Part shown: piece after piece, positions 29,691-43,344 of the stretch
How positions within the stretch are numbered: the stretch's first letter is position 1
Layout of the letters: the number at the start of each line of letters is the position of its first letter
NCBI GenBank assembly: GCA_964016885.1
Contig: OZ024742.1
Span: forward strand, 162,192,001 to 162,256,000
Source: Eledone cirrhosa
Taxonomy: Eukaryota
DNA: 64,000 nt
Direction of reading: 5' to 3'
The notes under the pieces: generated by a model
Told to the model about the DNA's origin: nothing
The model's database searches: none
Seen by the model: the letters and a program-made list of their open reading frames with translations, nothing else
Position numbers and translations under genes: made by a program

Positions 29691-32600
29691 TTTGAATCTC
29701 AGTCATTGATGTTAGTTAACCGGAAAGTCCATTGGAATGAATATCAAGCCACTACCTGCAGCCTCAGATATTCAGGACGTATCGGAGGGTTCTTGCTGTT
29801 CCCAGCAAGCATGCCTTTTGAAGCGTTGCAAAAAGCGTGAAGGGGCCGATTTTCTTTAACCATCCCTGGAAACTTTTGGAGATAGTCCCCAGTGCGCCTA
29901 TGACAATCGGGATCACTTTGACTTCATGGCAGTTCCAAATCCTTTTTACCTCCCACTTTAAGTCCTGGTATCGGTTAATTTTCTCCCTCTCCTTCTCTTG
30001 CACTCTCGTGTCGAATGGGCAGGCCACATCCACAATCAGACACGATCTTTTTTCTTTGTCCACAACCACCAGGTTAGGTCTATTGTGTTCCAGTTTCTTG
30101 TCCGTCTGTATCCTAAAATCCCACAGCACCTTCACCTGATCGTTCTCCATCACCGCCTCTGGCTTATGCTCATACCATTTCTCAGAATGTTGTAAATTGT
30201 TTACTTTGCACAGGTGCCAGTGGATCACTCTGCCCATCACATCATGTCTCCAGCCCTTATAGTGGGTCTGGGCTAGGTGTTTACACTCGGATACAATGTG
30301 AGCCACAGTCTCCTCTCTCCACATATCCTGCACAGCGGGCTAGCCTCCTCCTTGTAAATATGGTGTTTCAACCACTTCCTTTTGAGGGCCTGCTCCTGCG
30401 CAGCCATTAACATTCCTTCTGTAGCCTTTTTAAGGTCTCCTCTTCTCAACCAGTTCCATGTCTGTGGGTCTCTAAATTCAGTTTTCTCAAAGAAAGGATG
30501 GGATTTTTCCTGAAGGCTGCTCTTTCTCCTTGATGTTATTTCCTCCTTGGACATCCCCTGGCCTATTGTCCCCTCCTTCAGTACAGTTCTGAGCATTGGC
30601 TCCTTACTATCAGTCACGTATTTGTGTAGGTTGTTTTTCTCCATCTGAACACAGTCCTCTATGCTGATAAGACCTCTTCCACCCTCAGATCTCCTTAGGT
30701 AGAGTCTATCGACATCACTCCTCTTGTGGAACATGTTGTAGATAGTCAATAGCTTCCTAGTCTTCCTATCCATTTCTTTTTGTTCAGCAACATTCCATCT
30801 CAGAATTCCCGCAGTGTACCTAATAATAAACACAGCTCGGGAATTTACTGCACTTATGGCATTTCTGCTGTTCAGATGTGACTTCAATACGCTCCTTACT
30901 CTCCGAATGTATTCAGTTCTTAACAATTCCTTCATTTTTTTGTTCTTTATGCCATCAGCCTCCAGAACGCCCAAATACTTGTATCCTTCCTCAGAGTCAA
31001 TTTCCTTTATCATCTCACCTGTTGGTATCTGGATTCCGTTATTTCTGCTCAACCTACCCCTCCTCATCACAATGACTCCACACTTACTAATACCAAATTG
31101 CATACATATATCACTGCTGAAAATACGGACAGTGTCAACAAGCACATCCAACTGCTTCTCACTCTTCCCGAAGAGCTTAAGATCGTCCATGAAGAGGAGG
31201 TGATTGATGGTAAGCCCTCCCTTTCCCAACCCGTATCCTGCTCTCACTTTTCGCAGTACACTGGTCAGGGGCATCAGGGCAAGGACAAACAACAGAGGGG
31301 ACAGGCTATCTCCCTGGAAGATACCTCTCTTGATCTTCACGCTTCCCAAGGATTCTCCAGTTGATGTCAACTCTGTTTCCCAGGACATCATACTCTTGCC
31401 CAACAACTGTCTGATGTTATCTGTCACCTTGAAGATCTCCAGGCTTTGGGTGATCCAAGAATGAGGCACCATGTCAAATGCCTTTCTGTAGTCTATCCAT
31501 CCCATGGCAAGATCAGTGTGTCTCCTCCTGCAATTCCCCATTACCATCTTATCAATAAGTAACTGGCCCTTTGTACCACGTGACTTCTTTCGGCATCCTT
31601 TCTGTTCGTCCGGTAACAAGTTGTTTGTGTGGAGGTGATGGTAGATTTCCTCATACACAATGCTCGTCAACAGTTTCCACATTACGGACAGACATGTGAT
31701 AGGTCTATAGTTGGTAACATCATTACCCTTGATTCGGTCTTTCATTATCAGAACTGTGGTACCTTTTGTCAACCACTCTGGTACCTCACCTGACATCAAG
31801 CAGTCATTGAACATGGTTGTCAGTTTCGGGTGGAGGGATGTTATATTTTTAATCCAATACCCCTGCACACCATCTGGGCCTGGTGATTTCCAGTTGGTTA
31901 GTTTTTTGGCCTGCCCCTTAAGAGTTTCAACTGTGATACTCAAATCAGTTTGTTGGTGTGCCTGCTCACCGATCTCCCTCTGTACTGTCTCAATCCACCC
32001 TGCCTGGTCATTATGTCTAACATCCTGCTCCCATATTCCTCTCCAGAATGTTTTAGTTTGTTCCGCCTCAGGGATCAAGTCGTTGCCTCTTTCTTTCCCC
32101 TCAAGCTGTCCAAACAGCATCTTCTGGTTGTTGTCGAACATGCGGTTCTGTTTATACTGACTGACTCTGTTCTCGTATCGCCTGATTTTTGCACTCTTTG
32201 CTACAATGCGTTGCTTCAGTTCCTCTATGATAATATTTAGCTTTTTCCTCCTAGTTTTGTACTTTATTTCCAGTCTATTTTTAGTGCCTATGTTTTTTAG
32301 TGTCCCATTCAGTAGTGACTCAAGCTTTCCAATGTCATTTCTCATTTCCCTGATTTGACCACTCAGTCGTTTCTTCCACCAAGGCTCTGCTCTTTCTTGC
32401 CTGTTGTTTCCTCTTGCTTTTATACCAAGTAGTTTCTTCACCGTATTTGCTGTTGCTTTGAGGATATTGTTGCACTGGTGAAGGCTCCTCGCCTCAAGGT
32501 ATGGGATGACTTTGTTTACCTTAGCTGTTGTTTCTTTTAACTTTTTCCTGTCTACAAATCTTAGGTTCATAGGTCTCCCACTATCATTGTTCAATTCATC

Positions 32601-33300
32601 TACCACTAAATTTAGGATGTCAACTGAATCTTGTCCTAGCCCGTCAGCATTCATCTCCTCAGTGGCCGTATCTCTGTTCCAGGTATTATTTATCTCAGTA
32701 TTCAGATCATTGTCTGCTTCGGGTGGTTCCTCCGTTCTCTCGACCTCTTCACCTTCATTTCCCACTGGCTCGTTTGCCTGGCATACTCCACCCTCCATCT
32801 CCAAGCTAATCTCTCTGCTCAGTTCCTCCAGTTCCAGCTCGCTTATCCACCCATTAGTTCTTATTACCCGAGCCTGCCCGGCCAATTTTTGTTCATCTAA
32901 TTTAAATAGACCAATCTCGTTCCAGATGTTATGCATCCGTCTCCTATAGCCCCTCTCCTTGGGGTTACTTTTCAGGTAACATTGCATAACAGTTCTATTC
33001 AATTCTTTCGTCCAGTTGGTTCTGGTCCCTTTCCTTCTTCTTCTTCCTCCGACACCAGCAGTATTTGGTTGACAGCCAGGTTCCTGCTGCTGAGCCAGGG
33101 AGCACCTGTTGGGTGAGAGTCTGTCACATGACGTTCTAGTCTCCATTTCACCGTTATTCGAACTGTTTAGGTTCGATATTTAAACACTCTTATCGACGAT
33201 TGGCGAATGTATGGTTACATAACCATCTGTGGATTCACCGTCTCCGGTGGTTGCGTCACTCCACTTGGCTCTTGTGTGGCATTATCACCACGCTGTAGAC
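29690..33300 (-). mobile_element. R4/Dong-clade non-LTR retrotransposon, family B, near full-length (B1)
   Basis: 957-aa ORF plus frameshifted C-terminal ORF; (TAA)n 3' tail; 5' boundary uncertain. Confidence 0.93.
29764..33146 (-). pseudogene. R4/Dong ORF: RT, CCHC knuckle and restriction-like endonuclease; frameshift near 30315
   Basis: KSPGPDG, NYRPITCL, WIDYRKAFD, QGDSLSP, FMDDLKL, CRICG..ETVAHIVSEC..RHD, RP(N)LVVVD..IVDVACP..EK. Confidence 0.93.
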
Positions 33301-33688
33301 GAACACAAATAAACAAACAAACAAACAGGCAGAAAAAACCCCAAAAATGAATAAGCATAAGTTGTAATGTAGTGTTCGAATGTCTGACTTAGTTTTTCCC
33401 TTCTCTTCTCTGTCCGTCCGCTTGTTTCTCTCTTCATTCTTATTTTCTTTACTTTTTTTGTTTTTGTTTTTCTGTTTGTTTTTCTCTTTTTTTTTTTTTG
33501 CTGTTGTTGCTGTGCTGCTTTGGTTTTGATGTTTGTTTTTTTCTTTTGAGTCTATCTATATATTTTGATGCTTTCCTCTTTTTTAGTAGGAATTTTATAA
33601 TGTGGTGGCAGCAACTAGCAGGAAGCAATGGGAGAGAATAGCGGCGGTAGCGATACTGAGACAGTGGTGGTGGTGATGTCGATACTGA

Positions 33689-33903
33689 GGCAGTGGTGGT
33701 GGTGATGTGATCGTATTACTGTAGTGATGGTGTTGTAGCGGTGGTAGCAATGAAGGAGTGGTGGCGGCGGTGATGGGATAGTGGTAGTAATGATGGCAGT
33801 GGTGGTGGTGATGTGATCGTATTACTGTAGTGATGGTGTTGTAGCGGTGGTAGCAATGAAGGAGTGGTGGCGGCGGTGATGGGATAGTGGTAGTAATGAT
33901 GGA
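33689..33903. repeat. 106-bp tandem duplication, GGT-rich
   Basis: GGCAGTGGTGGTGGTGATGTGATCG at 33689 and 33795. Confidence 0.85.
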
Positions 33904-34452
33904 TGGGCGGCGTTGTCGTTACTGATGTCCGTTCGGTGAATCTATGGGGTTAGTCGCGTATATGTGTTGACATAAATTCCCTTAATGTTGGGATTAAACA
34001 TTTTGTTAAAACTTGGGACAATAATAATAGTATTTATTATTATCATTATTATGTTGAGATTGGTGGTGGTGGTGGTGGTGGTGAAATTGCCGTTATCTGG
34101 CTGTTGTGTTTAGTGTACACAGAGAGGTGATGGGTAGGTGGTGTATCTAGTTTCTGGTGTTGTTTGGCTGTTCTACATAGTGTAGACAGAGGAGGGGGGG
34201 TCTTCTTCTTCCATTTATAGCCATTTTCTTTTTTGAATATACAATGTACAATACAAAGTTGAATATTTGAATATTTGAGCCTTATAACAATATATTTGGG
34301 GTCCGAATTTTTTTGGGGCTCAAGCCGGATGCTTTACGTAGTATTTGTACTAAGAGTTGTTATTCCACAAATGATTTAAATATGTTAAAAATTCAAAACT
34401 TACGGGAGCGATTTCATGACCTTCTACCACCTCGTGCGTCTTCTTCCCTTAT

Positions 34453-34497
<45 letters not shown>

Positions 34498-34498
<1 letters not shown>

Positions 34499-37400
34499 AG
34501 TTGCATTTATCTTGCTTTATGTTCATACGAGTTATCACCAAGTCACAACCAGTGACCTCAAGAGACAACAAGGTCCGCCATGTTCAAGGAAGAACATACA
34601 TACTCACACATGCATCTTTAGTGTTTAGACTTGTGATGTACTTATATTGACAGAATCTTCCTTAGTATATGGGCAGTTCCCATTAGTACTATCTTTTGTA
34701 TTTCTCCTATACGCGGGTTTCCTGGGATCTGCGATAAGTAATCATTAGACCCCTTAGGTATCATTCCCAGAGCGCCTACAACCACTGGTATTGTTTTAGT
34801 TCTCAATTTCCACATTTTTCCAATTTCTATCTCCAGGTCATACTTGCTCAAATTTTCAAATGTTTTTATAGATACATTCTTGTCTATTGGAACAGACATA
34901 TCAATTAGCAGGCATACCCTCTTTTTAAAGTCCTTCAATATTATATCAGGTCTATTTGCATCTATTTTTCGGTCTGTTTGGATGCTAAAGTTCTACAAGA
35001 TTGAGATGTGATCTTTTTCAAGTATGGGAGGTGGTTGATGCTCCCACCAATTCTTTTGATGGGGCAGGTCAAAATGCTTACACATTATCCAATGTATGTA
35101 TTGTGCAGCTCTGTCATGCCTGTTTAGGTATTCGGTTGGAGCTATAGGACTACACATTGAAATTATATGGTCAATGGTCTCTGGTTGTTTTTTGCATACA
35201 CGGCATAATGGGCTGCATCCATTTTTTATTATGTTGGCTTGGTAATTTTTTGTTGGCAGACACTGATCTTGTGCTGATATAATCAGTCCTTCAGTCTCCG
35301 ATTTCAGTCCAGAGGATGCCAACCACTGATGGGTTAAAGTTTTGTCAACATCAGGATTGTTAGCTCGCTCTGGGTATTTTCCATACAGAGGCTTTTCTTG
35401 CCATTTCTTAGCCAGTTTCTGTAGCAGTTCTTTCTTTGCAGTTACTTTTACCTGCTTTGCTTTTTCTGTGTTTTCCATTTCAGCAGTAAATGGGACTTCT
35501 GAAATTTGTAGTCCATTACTGTATCTTTGTGCATCTTTTGTAATGGAATATGATCTGTTGATGCTTTCGTGTTTCAAAACGAGTTTGATCATCCAATTAT
35601 GTGATTCCCTTAGATATGTAGATAATCCAATTGTTGCAGTTTTCAACGCAATGTCTAACTGGATTAACCCACGTCCTCCTTCTTTCCTAGGGAGATATAT
35701 TCTATCTATATCTGCCTTAGGGTGATGCATTCTGTGCATGGTTAAGAATTTTCGAATTTTTGTATCGAGCCTACGGATCTCTGTGCTTGACCAGTTGATG
35801 ACATTGTAACTGTAGGTTACTACTGGTATGGCAAGCGTGTTTATGGCATCGATCCTATTCCTTGCATTCAATTCCGTTCTTAAGATTGCTCTTACTCTGC
35901 GGTAACATTCCTTCCTTATCCTTTCCCTCATTGTCGAGTGCTTGATTCTGTCTCCTTCACAAACACCTAGATATTTGTAAGTTTTTTCTTGATCAAGTAC
36001 TCTTATCACGATCCCCCGATCAAGATTAATGTCTGAACTCTTCAGCAGCTTTCCTCTGGTGAACGTTGCTTTGGCGCATTTATCTAGTCCAAACTCCATT
36101 TTAATGTCATCACTGAACTGCTCCACAGTGGATAATAGCCCTTGCAATTGTTCATCATTTTTTGCAAATAGTTTCAGGTCTTCCATGTAGAACAGGTGAT
36201 TAATGGTTTTGTCATAGACTTTATATCCATGTTTTGTTTCATTGAGCATTTTACTTAATGGTATAAGTGCGATGCAGAATAAAAGCGGTGATAAAGAGTC
36301 ACCCTGAAAAATTCCACAATTAATATTAACTTCTCCAGCTTCCAGTGATTTTGTTTCACTATTCAAAAGGAGTGTCGTTTTCCATGTCTTCATACTGAAT
36401 AACAAAAACCTCCTGACAACGGGGGATATTTTGAAAATCTCTAAACATTTTTCAATCCAACTGTGTGGCAAACTATCGAATGCTTTTTTATAATCTATCC
36501 AAGCAATCGATAGATTTTTGTGTCTAATATGACAATCTTCCAGTATCATTTTGTTAACCAGAAGATGATCCTTACAGCCACATGAGCCTCGTTTACACCC
36601 TTTCTGCTCAATGGGAAATAGGTCATTTGTTATCAGGTGGTCATATGTGTATTCAGTTAGGACTGATGTTAAAATGTTATACATTGTGGTCAAGCAAGTT
36701 ATCGGTCTGTAATTTTTGGGATTGTTTGTCTCATCATTCTCCGGAAGCAGGAATGTAATGCCGTTAACTAGCCAAGATGGTATCTTTTCTGGCTCCTTAA
36801 CTATTTCATTGTAAAGTTGGGCTAACAGCTCATGAGACTCTGTGAAGGCATCTATCCAAAAGTTTTGTATTTTGTCTTTTCCTGGGGATTTCCATTTGCT
36901 GGTTTTTCTTAGAGCCATGCGCAACTGTTCAACTGTTATATTTTCCCATATTTGTTCCTCAAGGTGAGCTGTATCTTTCATTTGTCTGTCTATCCATGGG
37001 GCATGTATGTTATGAACTTTTTCTTCGGCCCAGATCTTTTCCCAGAATTCTTGCACTTCCTCCTTGGGTGGTATTGATTTAGCAGTTATTGTTGACTTAC
37101 CAATTTTTCTGTAGAAGTTTCTTTGGTTGTTTTTGAACATATTATTGTCCTTATAGAATCTAGATCGTTTTTCAAAGCGCCTTATACGAGCAGCTTTTGC
37201 CGACACTTTTTGCTTGATTATTTCTATCAGCATGTCTATGTCACATGTTGATTTTATACTGTACTTTTTTTTTTCAATTTTATAAGTTTAGTTTGTTTAA
37301 CATGTTCACCTACTTTATAGTTTGTTAAAATTTCTATGTCAGATCGGAGAAGGTTTATTTGGCGATTGATGTTCTCTTGCCAAGTAGATTTCTTGTGGGA

Positions 37401-38455
37401 ATTCCTTTGTTTTTTCATCTTCACTCCACATAAGTGAGTGGTGACTTTAGCCGATGCATAATAGAGATGATTTAAATCAGTAATGTTTAGTTTGTTTGGG
37501 ATGATAATGTTTTTGAGAATTATGTTAGTCTTGTGTATTATCTTTTGGTTCTGTTTGGAGTTCTGGATCTTAGAGAGGGTGTCTCATTGCCCCATGTCAG
37601 ATTCTTTCATTTTCATCCATTCGATCATAATTTCATCCTTCAAGTTGGCAAGTTCATTCTCATTCATTTCTTTATCATTTACGATCTCATTATTTTCATT
37701 TGGAGTTTCATCCTGAGCATGCACTCCCTCCACTTTTTCGATCCTTTCTTTAATTTGTTCTGTTGCCAGTGATTCCGCCCCAACCCTGGGGTTCGAAGTG
37801 TTACAGTTTACCTCGTTTTCACTGACACATGTTTCATTTTCCCTTCGCTGACTTTGTGCTAATAGCTTGATCTGATCAATTTCTATATCAGTTAGTAACT
37901 TTTTTCTTACAATATTTCTTCGTATATTGGCTAGTTTGTTACTGTCAATATAGCCTCTGTTTTCGGGATGTTTCTTTTTCCAGTTGATATATGTCAGTTC
38001 TGTATTCGATGTATTTGATGGGTAGTACATGGCAGTGTAGAAAGCCTCAAGGACTTCTTTATTATCTTCCCTTGACCATTTTTCTCTCTTTTTCTTTGGA
38101 TTTCTTGGTGGTGAGCATGGAGGGCCAACAGTAGGAGTATTCCGGTTATGGGAGGTCTCCAGCTCCGAAGTGATGGGAAGGTTTGAACTATTAGCTGATT
38201 TTTCGACCCCAGTCTGGTTCCTCTCTGAGGGACGCGGCCCTTTTTTACCCGGGTGACGGCCAATCCGGTATGAGATTTTATCATTAGACATTTACTTTAT
38301 TTTGTCGCGTTTTATCCTTATCCGCCAAGGGGTAATCATTTCGTGTTACCACTTCTAGAACGAGTGTCAACCAAGACTAGAGGAGTCGTTCTCCCCTAGA
38401 GACACGGCTATTCCCCGCCGGCCGCCATCCCGGTATTTCTTGGTCACGGAGTTTT
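34498..38455 (-). mobile_element. R4/Dong-clade non-LTR retrotransposon, family A, full-length but disabled (A2)
   Basis: ATG at 38291; ORFs 37584-38291, 34993-37233 and 34642-34938; structured 5' leader 38300-38455; (TAA)n tail. Confidence 0.93.
34642..38291 (-). pseudogene. R4/Dong ORF (RT-CCHC-RLE) with stops, a frameshift and the catalytic change YMDD to YMED
   Basis: KSPGKD, NYRPITCL, WIDYKKAFD, QGDSLSP, YMEDLKL, CRVC..HIISMC..RHD, RPDII. Confidence 0.93.
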
Positions 38456-39068
38456 CTTTTTGTTGTTTTTTTTAAATTGTTATTATCATGAGTGGTTCCT
38501 TAATGTGAGCATTGCGTGGCTTAAGAATGAAATTATTAATAATTATCTCCACTTCAGGCACAAGGCCAGCAATCACCCAGTGCATTACAATAATATAATA
38601 TACTTTTTGCTGTAGTTTCCTGTTATTGTTGTTGGCTATGTCGGTGGTGGTGCCGGGGCTTTTTATATTGTTGGTGAGGAAGGGGTGAGCCAGCAGTCCC
38701 ATAGTTGTTGATGTTGACGTTTGGCCGGTGGCCAGGTCACTAAGTCAATCTATTTATATCTTTTGCTAGCCTCTCCCTTGTCTAGTGATACCGCCACCTT
38801 CCCCTTTCTCTCTCAAGTTAACAGGGGAATAGTGGTGGTAGCAATGAAGGAGTGGTGGCGGCGGCGATGGGATAGTGGTAGCAAGATGATGGATGCGGTG
38901 GTGGCGGCGGTGGCTTTGTGGTTACTGGGTTTTGTGGTATGTAGTATCTATGAGTTTGTGTTCGTATGTTTAATATATATTGTGTTGACATATTCCCGTA
39001 AAATTGGAATTAAACATTTTGTTAAAATTTGAGACAATAATAATAGTAATTATTATTATCATGCCGGG

Positions 39069-39131
<63 letters not shown>

Positions 39132-39143
39132 GTTGTTATTACT

Positions 39144-41700
39144 CTTTGAGTCTCAGTCATTGATGTTAGTTAACTGGAAAGTTTGTTGAAATGAATATCA
39201 AGCCATTACCTGCAGCCTCAGATATTCAGGACGTATCGGAGGGTTCTTGCTGTTCCCAGCAAGCATGCCTTTTGAAGCGTTCCAAAAAGCGTGAAGGGGA
39301 CAATTTTCTTTAACCATCCCTGGAAACTTTTTGAGATAGTCCCTAATGCGACTATGACAATCGGGATCACTTTGACTTCATGGCAGTTCCAAATCCTTTT
39401 TACCTCCCACTTTAAGTCCTGGAATCGGTTAATTTTCTCCCTCTCCTTCTCTTGCACTCTCGTGTCGAATGGGCAGGCCACATCCACAATCAGGCACGAT
39501 CTTTTTCTTTGTCCACAACCACCAGGTCAGGTCTATTGTGTTCCAGTTTCTTGTCCGTCTGTATCCTAAAATCCCACAGCACCTTCACCTGATCGTTTTC
39601 TATCACCGCCTCTGGCTTATGCTCATACCACTTCTCAGAATGTGGTAAATTGTTTACTTTGCATAGGTGCCAGTGGATCACCCTGCCAATCACATCATGT
39701 CTCCAGCCCTTATAGTGAGTCTGGGCTAGGTGTTTACACTCGGATACAATGTGAGCCACAGTCTCCTCTCTCTCTCCACAGATCCTGCACAGTGGGCTAG
39801 CCTCCTCCTTGTAAATATGGTGTTTCAACCACTTCCTTTTGAGGGCCTGCTCCTGCGCAGCCATTAACATTCCTTCTGTAGCCTTTTTAAGGTCTCCTCT
39901 TTTCAACCAGTTCCATGTCTGTGGATCTCTAAATTCAGTTTTCTCAAAGAAGGTACGATGAAGGGATTTTTCCTGAAGGCTGCTCTTTCTCCTTGATGTT
40001 ATTTCCTCCGCCGAGGTTGACTTTGCCTTTCATCCTTACGGGGTCGATAAAATAAAGTACCAGTAATGCACTGGGTAATTGCTGGCCTTGTGCCTAAAGT
40101 AGAAACAGTTATTTCCTCCTTGGACATCCCCTGGCCTATTGTCCCCTCCTTCAGTACAGTTCTGAGCATTGGCTCCTTACTATCAGTCACGTATGTGTAG
40201 GTTGTTTTTCTCCATCTGAACACAGTCCTCTATGCTGATAAGACCTCTTCCACCCTAAGATCTCCTTAAGTAGAGTCTATCGACATCACTCCTCTTTTGG
40301 AACATGTTGTAGATAGTCAATAGCTTCCTAGTCTTCCTATCCATTTATTTCTGTTCAGCAACATTCCATCTCAGAATTCCTGCACTGTACCTAATAATAG
40401 ACACAGCTCGGGAATTTACTGCACTTATGGCATTCCTACTGTTCAGATGTGACTTTAATACGCTCCTTACCCTCCGAATGTATTCAGTTCTTATCAATTC
40501 CTTCATTTTTTTGTTCTTGATGTCATCAGCCTCCAGAACGCCCAAATATTGTATCCTTCTTCAGAGTCAATTTCCTTTATCATCTCACCCGTTGGTACCT
40601 GGATTCCGTTACTTCTGCTCAACTTACCCCTCTTCATCACAATGATTCCACACTTACTAATACCAAATTGCATACATATATCATTGGAGAAAATACGGAC
40701 AGTGTCAACAAGCACATCCAACTCCTTCTCACTCTTCCCGAAGAGCTTAAGATCGTCCATGAAGAGGAGGTGATTCATGGTAAGCCCTCCCTTTCCCAAC
40801 CTGTATCCTGCTTTCACTTTTCGCAGTACACTGGTCAGGCGCATCAGGGCAAGGACAAACAACAGAGGGGACAGGCTATCTCCCTGGAAGATACCTCTCT
40901 TGATCTTCACGCTTCCCAAGGATTCTCCAGTTGATGTCAACTCTGTTTCCCAGGACATCATACTCTTGCCCAACAACTGTCTGATGTTATCTGCCACCTT
41001 GAAGATCTCCAGGCTTTGGGTGATCCAAGAATGAGGCACCATGTCAAATGCCTTTCTGTAGTCTATCCATCCCATGGGAAGATCAGTGTGTCTCCTCCTG
41101 CAATTCCCCATTACCATCTTATCAATAAGTAACTGGTCCTTTGTACCACGTGACTTCTTTCGGCATCCTTTCTGTTCGTCCGGTAACAAGTTGTTTGTGT
41201 GGAGGTGATGGTAGATTTCCTCATACACAATGCTCGTCAACAGTTTCCACATTACGGACAGACATGTGATAGGTCTATAGTTGGTAACATCATTACCCTT
41301 GATTCGGTCTTTCATTATCAGAACTGTGGTACCTTTTGTCAACCACTCTGGTACCTCACCTGATATCAAGCAGTCATTGAACATGGTTGTCAGTTTCGGG
41401 TGGAGGGATGTTATATTTTTAATCCAATACCCCTGCACACCATCTGGGCCTGGTGATTTCCAGTTGGTTAGTTTTTTGGCCTGCCCCTTAAGAGTTTCAA
41501 CTGTGATACTCAAATCAGTTTGTTGGTGTGCCTGTTCACTAATCTCCTTCTGTACTGTCTCAATCCACACTGCCTGGTCATTATGTTTAACATCCTTCTC
41601 CCATATTCCTCTCCAGAATGTTTTAGTTTGTTCCGCCTCAGGGATCAAGTCGTTGCCTCTTTCTTTCCCTTCAAGCTGTCAAAACAGCATCTTCTGGTTG

Positions 41701-41702
<2 letters not shown>
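39144..41702 (-). mobile_element. R4/Dong family B, 5'-truncated and frameshifted (B2)
   Basis: Homologous to 29690-32132; ORF pieces 40503-41648, 39490-39906 and 39218-39487; (TAA)n on both sides. Confidence 0.93.
40010..40107 (+). mobile_element. 5'-truncated SINE inserted in B2 with a 12-bp TSD
   Basis: GTTATTTCCTCC at 39998 and 40108; body near-identical to the 3' half of the SINE at 45950-46133; empty site in B1 at ~30535. Confidence 0.92.
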
Positions 41703-41740
<38 letters not shown>

Positions 41741-41741
<1 letters not shown>

Positions 41742-43284
41742 AGTTGCATTTATCTTGCTTTATGTTCATACGAGTTATCATCAAGTCACAACCAGTGACC
41801 TCAAGAGACAACAAGGTCCGCTATGTTCAAGAAAGAACATACATATTCACACATGCATCTTTAGTGTTTAGACTTGTGATGTACTTATATTGACAGAATC
41901 TTCCTTAGTATATGGGCAGTTCCCATTCATACTATCTTTTGTATTTCTCCTATACGCGGGTTTCCTGGGATTTGCGATATGTAATCATTAGACCCCTTAG
42001 GTATCATTCCCAGAGCGCCTACAACCACTGGTATTGTTTTAGTTCTCAATTTCCACATTTTTCCAATTTCTATCTCCAGGTCCTTATACTTGCTCAATTT
42101 TTCAAATGTTTTTATAGATACATTCTTGTCTATTGGAACAGACATATCAATTAGCAGGCATACCCTCTTTTGAAAGTCTTTCAATATTATATCAGGTCTG
42201 TTTGCATCTATTTTTCGGTCTGTTTGGATGCTAAAGTTCCACAAGATTGAGATGTGATCTTTTTCAAGTATGGGAGGTGGTTGATGCTCCCACCAATTCT
42301 TTTGATGGGGCAGGTCAAAATGCTTACACATTATCCAATGTATGTATTGTGCAGCTCTGTCATGCCTGTTTAGGTATTCGGTTGGAGCTATAGGACTGCA
42401 CATTGAAATTATATGGTCAATGGTCTCTGGTTGTTTTTTGCATACACGGCATAATGGGCTGCACCCATTTTTTATTATGTTGGCTTGGTAATTTTTTGTT
42501 GGCAGACACTGATCTTGTGCCGATATAATCAGTCCTTCAGTCTCCGATTTCAGTCCAGAGGATGCCAACCACTGATGGGTTAAAGTTTTGTCAACATCAG
42601 GATTGTTAGCTCGCTCTGGGTATTTTCCATACAGAGGCTTTTCTTGCTATTTCTTAGCCAGTTTCTGTAGCAGTTCTTTCTTTGCAGTCACTTTTACCTG
42701 CTTTGCTTTTTCTGTGTTTTCCATTTCAGCAGTAAATGGGACTTCTGAAATTTGTAGTCCATTACTGTATCTTTGTGCATCTTTTGTAATGGAATATGAT
42801 CTTTTGATGCTTTCGTGTTTCAAAACGAGTTTGATCATCCAATCATGTGATTCCCTTAGATATGTAGATAATCCAATTGTTGCAGTTTTCAACGCAATGT
42901 CTAACTGGATTAACCCACGTCCTCCTTCTTTCCTAGGGAGATATATTCTATCTATATCTGCCTTAGGGTGATGCATTCTGTGCATGGTTAAGAATTTTCG
43001 AATTTTTGTATCGAGCCTACGGATCTCTGTGCTTGACCAGTTGATGACATTGTAACTGTAGGTTACTACTGGTATGGCAAGCGTGTTTATGGCATCGATC
43101 CTATTCCTTGCATTCAATTCCGTTCTTAAGATTGCTCTTACTCTGCGGTAACATTCCTTCCTTATCCTTTCCCTCATTGTCGAGTGCTTGATTCTGTCTC
43201 CTTCACAAACACCTAGATATTTGTAAGTTTTTTCTTGATCAAGTTCTCTTATCACGTTCCCCCGATCAAGATTAATGTCTGAAC

Positions 43285-43285
<1 letters not shown>
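41741..43285 (-). mobile_element. R4/Dong family A, 5'-truncated (A3)
   Basis: Homologous to 34498-36038; intact ILWNFSIQ..RPDII; (TAA)n on both sides. Confidence 0.93.
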
Positions 43286-43344
<59 letters not shown>

